From NCBI GenBank assembly GCA_040904565.1, contig JBBDTI010000081.1, positions 1 through 17,753 of the forward strand: 17,753 nucleotides of DNA. The letters are read 5' to 3'. The notes under the pieces are model-generated. The model was not told the DNA's origin and did not search any database. It saw only the letters and a list, made by a program, of their open reading frames with translations. The number at the start of each line of letters is the position of its first letter. Positions within the stretch are counted from its first letter, which is position 1. This DNA is from Rhodothermales bacterium (lineage in GTDB: Bacteria; Bacteroidota; Rhodothermia; Rhodothermales; VXPQ01). Positions 7,445-15,200 of the stretch are shown here, piece by piece. Both the position numbers and the translations under genes were made by a program.

Positions 7445-9161
7445 ACTGATAGACGAGATCGCGCGTCGCCTTGGCTTGTCGACCGACGAGGTCGCACCGG
7501 CTCTCGATACCGTGACCGAACGCATACGTCAGCAAGTAGCCCACTACGGTTACGCGCGGCTGGCACATCTCGGCACGTTTCGGAGCCGAGATGGCTCGAT
7601 CGTTTTCGAGCCCGAACCGGCCCTTACCGAGAGAATCAACGCGCGGTTTGCCGGACTGAATGAACTCGTGCTTGAACCTGCTGAATCAGATCCCGACATC
7701 GACGAGGCTGCCGGTCCGGGCGCCGCGTCGGACGCACGCGACTGGGCGGGAACAGAGGAAACCGACGATCGCCCATTGAATCCGTGGGAAGGTACGGAAG
7801 CCCCGGGTGATCCGGATTTATACACCCACGATGCCACGTCTACTCCCGCGGAAGATGACCGGCCGCTGATGGACGCCGACGGGATCGAAGCGGGGCCGGA
7901 AGCAACCGGGGCCGAGTTCGACGGAGTCGAAGCGGGGCCGAAGTCCGCCGGAGCCGAGTTCGACGGAGTGCAGGAGCCCGATCGAGAGCCTTCTGACATA
8001 GAAGGTGTGACGGAACCGGAACGAGCGTCCGCCGAGATGGACGGCGTCACGGAACCAGAGCGGGATTCCTCTCCCGGAGAAGGTATTACTGCGCCGGATC
8101 GACCGGCTGAGGATGTGGATGCCGCGGAATCGGACGCAGATGCGGATGAGGGTAGTGGTGCGTTTTGGACGGACGTAGAACGTCCGGCTTCGGACCATCC
8201 GCTCGGACCCGAGTCGGAGCCCTCATTCGAAGAGGCGGACTTCTCCGTGCTCGAAGCTCGGGAAGATTCGTCGGCTACCGGTGACGAAGCCCAGCAACCC
8301 ACGGTTTCCTGGGAACCGCTCGGCGCGGCCGAGCGCGAGACGCACGCTCCCGGAGATAAGAAAGGCGAACCGACCTCGTCCGACGCCGTCGATCGTGAGG
8401 GATCGGGTGACGAACCTCGTTCGTCGGTCGACGACATTGATGACGCTCGGGCAGGAGACGAACAGGCTGACGCAGCCGGGGACGACTCGGGTGAAGCGGG
8501 GGACGCCCCCGCGGCATCTTCTCAACGTGGTATGAAGGACCGCTCGTCGACTCCTGGACGGATGAGCAGCGATGGCCCCGTTCGCACGATTCGCGCGCCT
8601 TCCCGACGTTCGAAGTCCCGTCGCGACATGAAGCCGGTCTGGTTCGGCGTCGGAATTATCGTTATCGTAGCCGCCGCGGCGATCGCTTATTTCACGATCC
8701 CCACCCCATCGTCCGGCCCCGACCAAGAGCCTGTCGTTCAGTCGGAGTCCATGCCGCCGCCCAGTGAGGACGGTGAAAGCGTGCTCGACGATCCCGATGA
8801 TGCGGCGGCGGATGCGCCTGGCGACGAGCCTGCCGACGCACCGGAAACCGTACCGGGCGACGCCGAATCCAGTGTCGACGCCGTCGAGACGTCCCTGAGA
8901 AGTGACGAAGGGATCAATCCTGCCGAGGGAGGATTCACCATCGTCGTCTATTCCGACACGGAAGCCGCTCCGGCCGAAATTATCTTGCAGGAGTACCAGG
9001 AAGAAGGATATCGCGCCGGCCTACTCACGTCGGAACAGGACGGAGTCACCCGCTACCGCGTCGGCGTCGGCCAGTTCGACACGCTCGACGAAGCCGTACA
9101 ACAACGCGATGACCTGGCGGGAAGCGACCTGCCGGGGGACGCCTGGATTCTGCGACTGTAA
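7434..9161 (+). CDS. HU-like N-terminal domain + acidic disordered linker + single TM helix + C-terminal SPOR domain protein
   Basis: N-terminus 'ELIDEIARRLGLS...GYARLAHLGTF...IVFEPEPALTERIN' is HU-like. Basic RRSKSRR precedes the TM helix VWFGVGIIVIVAAAAIAYFTI (~8637-8699). C-terminus 'FTIVVYS...YRVGVGQFDTLDEA...LPGDAWILRL' is SPOR-like. ATG 7434 overlaps the upstream gene by 11 nt. Confidence 0.85.
   Translation: MTVELIDEIARRLGLSTDEVAPALDTVTERIRQQVAHYGYARLAHLGTFRSRDGSIVFEPEPALTERINARFAGLNELVLEPAESDPDIDEAAGPGAASDARDWAGTEETDDRPLNPWEGTEAPGDPDLYTHDATSTPAEDDRPLMDADGIEAGPEATGAEFDGVEAGPKSAGAEFDGVQEPDREPSDIEGVTEPERASAEMDGVTEPERDSSPGEGITAPDRPAEDVDAAESDADADEGSGAFWTDVERPASDHPLGPESEPSFEEADFSVLEAREDSSATGDEAQQPTVSWEPLGAAERETHAPGDKKGEPTSSDAVDREGSGDEPRSSVDDIDDARAGDEQADAAGDDSGEAGDAPAASSQRGMKDRSSTPGRMSSDGPVRTIRAPSRRSKSRRDMKPVWFGVGIIVIVAAAAIAYFTIPTPSSGPDQEPVVQSESMPPPSEDGESVLDDPDDAAADAPGDEPADAPETVPGDAESSVDAVETSLRSDEGINPAEGGFTIVVYSDTEAAPAEIILQEYQEEGYRAGLLTSEQDGVTRYRVGVGQFDTLDEAVQQRDDLAGSDLPGDAWILRL
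7878..8102 (+). repeat. Degenerate intragenic tandem repeat, two 42-nt units then 39-nt units
   Basis: Units start at 7878, 7920, 7962, 8001, 8040 and 8079: DGIEAGPEATGAEF / DGVEAGPKSAGAEF / DGVQEPDREPSDI / EGVTEPERASAEM / DGVTEPERDSSPG / EGITAPDR. Confidence 0.85.
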
Positions 9162-9221
9162 CGAGCCCCGAATCTCCATCCCACTACACCACGTAGCCAT
9201 CAACCGTCTTACCGAACCACG

Positions 9222-9959
9222 ATGATTCTCGCGCTGTTGCTACAAGAAGTATCGCTGCCCGCCGACACGGCGGCCGCCATGTCTCAGGCTGCCGGCCCCG
9301 AGCAAACGACGCTGCTCGAGACGCTCGTCCTGGGTGGATGGATCATGCTTCCCATCTTCCTGCTCTCCATTCTTGCCATCTTTCTCTTCGTCGAGCGATT
9401 GGCTACGATTCGGAAGGCGAAGACCGATCCAAATGCGATTACGCAGCGGATCAGGGACTACGTTCAGGCCGGTGACGTACGCGGCGCGATGGGCTACTGT
9501 GAATCCCAGGACAAGCCCGTCACGCGCCTTCTTCGCCATGGCCTCGAACGGCTTGGCAGGCCGATCTCGGAAATTCAGGATGCCGTTCAGGCCCAGGGCA
9601 AGCACGAAGCCTTCGAGCTAGAGAAACGAACGGATCTCCTGGCGAGCATCGCCGGCATCGCGCCGATGCTCGGCTTCCTGGGGACGGTCACGGGAATGAT
9701 CCAGGCCTTCCAGGAAATTCAGAACCTGCAGGGAAATGTAAACCCGAGCGTTCTTGCAGGAGGTATCTGGGAAGCACTCCTTACCACGGCAGCCGGACTC
9801 GTCGTCGGCATTCTGGCCTTTTTCTTCTACAACTTCCTGCTGACGCGGATCAAACGGCTCATCAACGACATGGAGCGGACGGCGACCGACTTTATCGATC
9901 TGCTCCAGGCTCCCGCACCGCAGCGCTCGCGATCCGAAGAGCGCGTGACGAATTACTAG
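9222..9959 (+). CDS. exbB: MotA/TolQ/ExbB proton channel family protein
   Basis: Three TM segments with the signatures IAPMLGFLGTVTGMIQAF and GGIWEALLTTAAGLVVGI. ExbB versus TolQ cannot be settled by eye. Confidence 0.93.
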   Translation: MILALLLQEVSLPADTAAAMSQAAGPEQTTLLETLVLGGWIMLPIFLLSILAIFLFVERLATIRKAKTDPNAITQRIRDYVQAGDVRGAMGYCESQDKPVTRLLRHGLERLGRPISEIQDAVQAQGKHEAFELEKRTDLLASIAGIAPMLGFLGTVTGMIQAFQEIQNLQGNVNPSVLAGGIWEALLTTAAGLVVGILAFFFYNFLLTRIKRLINDMERTATDFIDLLQAPAPQRSRSEERVTNY

Positions 9960-9992
9960 ACCGTTCGTTCTGACTATCCGCCCTGGCGGTGC

Positions 9993-10011
9993 CGCGTCAT
10001 TGAATGACGCG
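9993..10011. repeat. Perfect 9-1-9 inverted repeat between exbB and exbD
   Basis: CGCGTCATT-G-AATGACGCG. Confidence 0.85.
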
Positions 10012-10036
10012 TCACTGCGACACGGCACCGACGACC

Positions 10037-10441
10037 ATGAACTTCGACTTCTCCAGCACCAACAAGCCGCTGGCTGAATACAGCCTCGCGGGATTGACGG
10101 ACATCGTGCTGCTCTTGCTCATCTTCTTTCTGCTCACGTCGAGCTTCATCCCCCAGTTCGGCATCCAGGTGAACCTGCCTCAGGCCGCGACATCCGCGCC
10201 GATGGAGGATCAGTACGTATCCGTGGCGATCACGAACGACGGCCGATTCTACGTGAATCAGGACCTCGTGCCTCGCGAACAGCTGCTGGATGCGCTCCGC
10301 GATGCGCAGGGTACGCGATCGGCACTCGTACTGCGCGCCGACCAGGACGCCACCGTGGGGCAGTTCGCTACGGTCGCCAATCTGGCCAAGGCCCTGAACA
10401 TGCGGGTGCTTATGGCGACGGAGCGGGGGCAGCTACCGTAA
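10037..10441 (+). CDS. exbD: ExbD/TolR biopolymer transport protein
   Basis: TM segment LTDIVLLLLIFFLLTS has the conserved Asp; 'IQVNLPQA' and 'LVLRADQDA' are also typical. ATG 10037 gives a typical length; ATG 10004 is the alternative. Confidence 0.93.
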   Translation: MNFDFSSTNKPLAEYSLAGLTDIVLLLLIFFLLTSSFIPQFGIQVNLPQAATSAPMEDQYVSVAITNDGRFYVNQDLVPREQLLDALRDAQGTRSALVLRADQDATVGQFATVANLAKALNMRVLMATERGQLP

Positions 10442-10525
10442 CGGGCGGCAGAGCGCGGGCACCTACCTCCCGTGAGCGACGACCAAGAACGGCCGGCTAC
10501 CGTAAGAGGCAGCGGCGTGACGCCA

Positions 10526-11491
10526 TCAGTCGATCGACTTGAGGTTCGCCTCAATCTCTTCACGCCTCGGCTCCAGAAACGGCGGCAGCGCGATGGATTC
10601 ACCGAGGTGTTCGGGATCTTCATCGACGGCAAATCCGGGGCCGTCCGTGGCGATTTCGAACAGGATACCGTTCGGCTCGCGAAAGTACAGGCTCTTGAAA
10701 TAATAGCGGTTGACTCGCCCGCTGTTGGGGATCCCGATCTCATCGAGACGTTCGACCCAGGCCTCGTACTCCGATTCATTCGGCGTCCGAAATGCCACGT
10801 GATGCACCCCGCCTGCACCCGGCCGGGCAGGCTGCTCCCGCGGCTGTACGGCCACGTGCACTTCGGCATGCGGACCGCCGCCGCCCATTTCAAAAACCAC
10901 GACGCGTTGCATCCCTAGATCCGCCGCACGGTAGATGCGCGTCTGCTGCATCCCCATTACGCGGGTAAGCACCACCTCCGTCGCATCGATCCGTGGGACG
11001 CTCAGCACGACCGGACCGAGCCCTCTGATCTGGTGTTCGGGCGGAACCGCGCTCTCCATCCACGGAATGGAATCGACGCCTGCACCGCCATCGTCGATCA
11101 GCGTCAGTCGCTGCCCCTCCGGGTCCTCAAAATCGAGCACGAGGCGATCGTCCCGTTCCGTGACACCGTTCGACCGCACGCCCACCTCCGCGAGACGACC
11201 CTCCCACCACGCAAGCGCCTCCGAACCATTCACACGCAGATGGGTGCGGACGATGCTCCGACTTCCCCGCTGCTCGCTCGGCACGGCCCAGTCAAAAAAG
11301 GTGACGTCCGTTCCCGGCGAACCGACCGCATCCGCATAAAACAAATGATAGGCACGCACGTCATCCTGGTTGACCGAGCGCTTCACGAGCCGCATCCCCA
11401 TGGTTTCCGTATAGAACCGGTAGTTCGTGCGGATGTCCGCAGACACGGCCGTGAGATGATGAAGACCTTTCAGGCTGAGGGCTCCTTCCAC
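10526..11491 (-). CDS. Ring-cleaving dioxygenase, MhqA/MhqO-like (two-domain VOC/glyoxalase superfamily)
   Basis: Motifs GLHHLTAV, RLVKRSVNQDD, YHLFYAD, GAGGVHHVAFR, RYYFKSLYFREPNGILFEIATDGPGF and LGESIALPPFLE. Confidence 0.93.
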   Translation of the reverse strand: MEGALSLKGLHHLTAVSADIRTNYRFYTETMGMRLVKRSVNQDDVRAYHLFYADAVGSPGTDVTFFDWAVPSEQRGSRSIVRTHLRVNGSEALAWWEGRLAEVGVRSNGVTERDDRLVLDFEDPEGQRLTLIDDGGAGVDSIPWMESAVPPEHQIRGLGPVVLSVPRIDATEVVLTRVMGMQQTRIYRAADLGMQRVVVFEMGGGGPHAEVHVAVQPREQPARPGAGGVHHVAFRTPNESEYEAWVERLDEIGIPNSGRVNRYYFKSLYFREPNGILFEIATDGPGFAVDEDPEHLGESIALPPFLEPRREEIEANLKSID

Positions 11492-11593
11492 TGTGAAGCG
11501 TAGCGTTTCGTTCGTAATGCCGTGGAGGGTGGTAGGGGGCAGGGTAACAGGGTGGCGTGGAGTAGGATGGCGAGCAAGTGGGTAACCGCTTCC

Positions 11594-12640
11594 TCACCCG
11601 ATGCCGGCCACCAATTCCCGCCACGAAGATCGTTCGGTTCGCCCTTCCTTGCGCTCACCGAACAGGTAGCAGACCACATCTCCCCGTTCGTCGAAAAATT
11701 CGACGGAGTGCACCTCGTCGTTCTCAACCGGCTTCCTTACGACCCAGGCCGAAGCGACCTTTTCCATCTTCACGTGCAGGCTGAAGCCAGGATCGAGGAC
11801 GTTGTACCAGCCGCGGGCCTCCTTGAGACGATGAATGGGCCCCGTATGGATCTGGAGACAGCCGCGATTACCGACGAAGATCATGATGGGAAGCTTCGCC
11901 GCGGAAGCCCCTTCGAGTACGGTGCGAAGGTCATCCGGCGCCGCCGGACGTGCAAAATCGGTTCCCACGAGGCGGAATGCCTGCTGCCGGTCGACGCCGA
12001 AGTCACGCAGCAAGAAAATGAAATCGTGTGTGTCCGTGAGCCCGCTCCACGCATCTCGCAGCGCGTCGACGTCCACTTCCCTATCAGTCGTCGTTTCCTT
12101 TTTCTGCGGCCCGGGTTCGGGCTCTATACCGCCGGCCGGAGCGTTGTGACGGTACGTCTCGACCATATGATCGAAGTGTTCGACCGCACTCTCGTCACGA
12201 AGGTGCGTCTTATGTACCGCCGTACCGTACTCATCGAAAAACTGCAGGCTGCGCCGCGTACCCGTGGGCGTCTCTATCTGGACGGCAAACCCGAAGCTCC
12301 AGTGGTTGAAAAAGATCCGCAGGTCGATGTCCTCACCGAGCGTCCGGCCCATATGGTGATCCGGAAAGACGCGCGCGTCGGTATACCTACCCACTTTTTC
12401 GTGAACGAACGCGTCGTTTCGCGTGAGCGCCATCACCTCGCCGAGCCCTTCAAGATCGAGGAGCAAGTCTCCCCAGTTGTCACCCAGCCGGGTCGACGTC
12501 ACGCCGCATTCCGCCGCGACGAGCTCCGCCTCGCTCACGCCGAGACCGTCCGCCGCATCGCGAGCCCGAAGGTCCGGTTCGCGTTCGATGAGCGCCTTCC
12601 AATCGGATCTGAGATCGTCCGTCGTCGAATAGGGGGTCAT
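11594..12640 (-). CDS. hemS: Hemin-degrading/heme-trafficking factor, HemS/ChuS/HmuS family
   Basis: Motifs RARDAADGLGVSEAEL, LGEVMALTRN..VHEKVG, IDLRIF, SLQFFD..G.AVHK, DTHDF (heme-ligand His position) and PIMIFVGNRGCLQIHTG. ATG 12640 is preferred; GTG 12676 is the alternative. Confidence 0.93.
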   Translation of the reverse strand: MTPYSTTDDLRSDWKALIEREPDLRARDAADGLGVSEAELVAAECGVTSTRLGDNWGDLLLDLEGLGEVMALTRNDAFVHEKVGRYTDARVFPDHHMGRTLGEDIDLRIFFNHWSFGFAVQIETPTGTRRSLQFFDEYGTAVHKTHLRDESAVEHFDHMVETYRHNAPAGGIEPEPGPQKKETTTDREVDVDALRDAWSGLTDTHDFIFLLRDFGVDRQQAFRLVGTDFARPAAPDDLRTVLEGASAAKLPIMIFVGNRGCLQIHTGPIHRLKEARGWYNVLDPGFSLHVKMEKVASAWVVRKPVENDEVHSVEFFDERGDVVCYLFGERKEGRTERSSWRELVAGIG

Positions 12641-12706
12641 GGTGGCTTCCGTTCCTGATTCATCTTCTGACGTCACGTGCCGGACAGCTTCTCCAGCAGC
12701 GGCTTT

Positions 12707-14968
12707 TTAGAAGGCCGTCTGAAACGTGTGCGTATACTTCACCAGCACGGCTCGGCTGTCACTGACGGGCGGAGCCGGATCGTAACGGTGGCGATCCGTG
12801 TTCACTCCCTCGTTGTACACGATCCAGAGGTCGTTGCCCTCGCGAATGTTGTACCGAAACCGCGCGTTCGTCGTTAGCGCCTGATTCGCGCTGTTGTACT
12901 GCACGTAGATCACCGTCGACAGCTGCGTGTTGATAGACGTCGTGACGCGAAGCTGAGCCAGATGGCTGTCGAACCGCTGGTCGCGATCCGGGAAGCGGAT
13001 CCAGACCCGATCGTACATGGCCTCTAGCTCGAGGTGAGGCGATACGTTCCACGCCGGAGAAACACCGGCCGACACCTGCGCACCGTCGAAAAACGTACCC
13101 GCCTCCAGCTCCACGCCGGTACGAATGAGCCGGTTGCGCGACAGTCGATACGACAGTGCGCCCTGATAGAAGGTGTATTCTCCGGCAGGTACGTGCGCGT
13201 CCGACGACAGGGAAAATGGAAGGAGCAGGTTCTCGTATATAGCGCTCCCGGCGATCTCCCCCGTGGCGTTGGCCTTACTTGTGAAGCCCCACGAGCCGGT
13301 TCCCTGCGCGGTCTCCACATCGTTGTCGTCATTGCGCAGGAAGACATCGCCCGTCACCTCGAACCCGTGAAACGAATAGGGTGACGATGCTCCCGGCAGC
13401 CATCCGTACGCGAGAGTCTGCTGGACCTGCGTGAAGTCTTCTCTGCGGATGAAGCCGACGCCCGGATTGAAGTCGGCGCCCGACCAGATCAGATTCGACG
13501 CATACGCGAACCCATCCCTGTCGCGTCGTTCGAACGACGCCGACAGCCGACCCGAATGGATGTCCGCCTCCCCCGCTGCATCGTCGAACGTCTGGGCCCA
13601 CTGCAGCGAAAGGTACTCGTCACCGACGACACGCACGACGCCGTCCAGGCCGTACGCCGCATTATAGCTGCCGTCGATGCCGATGCGCGACGTAATCATG
13701 GAGCCGACGTAGGAATACGGGTTGAACGCCCTCCGTTTGATCCGGAGCACGCCGAAATTTTCCGACGGCAGGCCACCGGTCTCTTCCGTCTGCATGTTCA
13801 GGAGGCCGACGTCCCAGTCATTCACGCGACCGACCAGGCGGGCGCCGCCCAGTATGCGCACGGGCCGGCCGTCGTTCGTCAGCCCGATCCGCCGGCTGTG
13901 GAAGAGCCTCCCGATGCCTCCGACGTTGAAATCGAAATTGCCGGATCGCTCCTGGAAGAACTGTCGTTTCTCCGGGAAAAAGAGCGAGAAACGGGTCAGA
14001 TTGACCTGCTCGTCGTCCGCCTCGACCTGAGCGAAGTCCGTATTCACGGTCAAATCCAGCGTGAACTCGTTGGTCAGGCCGATCTTAACGTCGCCGCCTA
14101 CGTTCGCCTCCCGCCGCGTGTCCGTGAGGTATCCGGACAGATCATCTTCGAGTTCGGCCTGCCTGGCAAAACCGGTCACCGCGTAAGGAGTGAAGTAAAC
14201 CGGCGTACGGCTATAGACGCCGTCCAGCGTAACCGTCTGTGCGCGAGACGGCTTGAGCCGGGCTCGGGCGTCGTTGGGAACGATCGGTGGGAACGTATCC
14301 CATTCGTCCTTCCGAGCGATCACGCGAAACGCCGTAAGCCCCATCTCTACCTGGCCGTCCTGGTCCCTGAAACGGAGCGTCGTAAACGGGACGCGAATCT
14401 CCGCAAACCATCCCTCGTCGGTTACCTCCACGGCAACGTCCCAATGCGCGTTCCAGTCGCCGTTAAGGCCGTTCGAACCGACGGCGTCATTGAGCACTTC
14501 CGTATCCTTTCGGATCCCGGCGGGACTCGTCGTAAATATGACGGCGTTCTCGTTGTCGTTGAACGTATCGAGCATCACCTCAAAATAATCGTCGCTTCCG
14601 AGAGCGTCGCGCTGGAGAATGTTGCCTCGGATGCCGCTCGGATCGGACTCGTACGCGCGCATTGCGAAGTACATGTAATCGTCGTCATACGCCACCAGAA
14701 ACTCCGTCTCCTCGGACGGCGGCAGACCGAACGACGGCAGATACGTCGTCATCGGAAACGGCTCGACGCCCGACCATGCGCGCTCGTCACTGAATCCATC
14801 CAGCGTGATCTCGCCGGATATCCGCTGAATGGGCCACGGCTCGTCGATGTCCCAGCTTTCCACGTCGACGTTCCTGGACTGCGCCTGTGCCGGCTGCGAC
14901 GTGGCGAAGCCCGCCATCAGGCCCGCAATCAGACCGATAAGTAGTACAAACGTAATACGCGTAATCAT
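12707..14968 (-). CDS. DUF5916 / carbohydrate-binding family 9-like outer-membrane protein
   Basis: ATG 14968 gives a signal peptide ending AQA-Q. CBM9-like motifs are ITLDG..DE.AW, AYDDDYMYF and GWFAEIRVPF. The DUF5916 motif is LDLTVNTDFAQVEADD..VNLTRFSLFFPEKRQFF. The C-terminal half is beta-strand rich and ends in Phe. Confidence 0.88.
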   Translation of the reverse strand: MITRITFVLLIGLIAGLMAGFATSQPAQAQSRNVDVESWDIDEPWPIQRISGEITLDGFSDERAWSGVEPFPMTTYLPSFGLPPSEETEFLVAYDDDYMYFAMRAYESDPSGIRGNILQRDALGSDDYFEVMLDTFNDNENAVIFTTSPAGIRKDTEVLNDAVGSNGLNGDWNAHWDVAVEVTDEGWFAEIRVPFTTLRFRDQDGQVEMGLTAFRVIARKDEWDTFPPIVPNDARARLKPSRAQTVTLDGVYSRTPVYFTPYAVTGFARQAELEDDLSGYLTDTRREANVGGDVKIGLTNEFTLDLTVNTDFAQVEADDEQVNLTRFSLFFPEKRQFFQERSGNFDFNVGGIGRLFHSRRIGLTNDGRPVRILGGARLVGRVNDWDVGLLNMQTEETGGLPSENFGVLRIKRRAFNPYSYVGSMITSRIGIDGSYNAAYGLDGVVRVVGDEYLSLQWAQTFDDAAGEADIHSGRLSASFERRDRDGFAYASNLIWSGADFNPGVGFIRREDFTQVQQTLAYGWLPGASSPYSFHGFEVTGDVFLRNDDNDVETAQGTGSWGFTSKANATGEIAGSAIYENLLLPFSLSSDAHVPAGEYTFYQGALSYRLSRNRLIRTGVELEAGTFFDGAQVSAGVSPAWNVSPHLELEAMYDRVWIRFPDRDQRFDSHLAQLRVTTSINTQLSTVIYVQYNSANQALTTNARFRYNIREGNDLWIVYNEGVNTDRHRYDPAPPVSDSRAVLVKYTHTFQTAF

Positions 14969-15200
14969 AGTGTCGTAGGTGAACTTCGAATAGCGAATTG
15001 GTTCGACGACATAATCGAGTGCTGGTTCGGGCGGACCGATTTTCGATGTGCGGACACGTTTGGGCACGCCCGATCAATTGTTGCACGAGGCCAGGCTTCC
15101 GCGGCTTCGCCACGAGATCGTGGCCGGGCCCCGCGGCACGCGGATTTTCCGTTTCTTGGCGAGCTAAAAGGCCTGCTGTTTCGAACAACCGCAATCAATC

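Noticed and set aside
7878-8102. Possible CRISPR array (regular ~40-nt periodicity)
   Set aside because: Units are in-frame coding tandem repeats without unique spacers, and no cas genes are present.
7550-8437. 295-aa Ser-rich minus-strand ORF resembling a serine-rich adhesin
   Set aside because: It is the reverse complement of the Asp/Glu-rich SPOR linker codons and has no signal peptide.
9993-10011. Fur box
   Set aside because: The 9-1-9 geometry fits but the sequence is GC-rich and unlike GATAATGATAATCATTATC.
11522-12658. 378-aa plus-strand ORF spanning hemS
   Set aside because: Antisense shadow; the minus-strand frame carries all the HemS motifs.
13556-14944. 462-aa plus-strand ORF
   Set aside because: Antisense shadow of the DUF5916 gene with no family features.
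14969-15067. 33-aa N-terminal extension of the DUF5916 ORF (start 15067)
   Set aside because: ATG 14968 places the signal peptide at the N-terminus, so the extension is probably untranslated.
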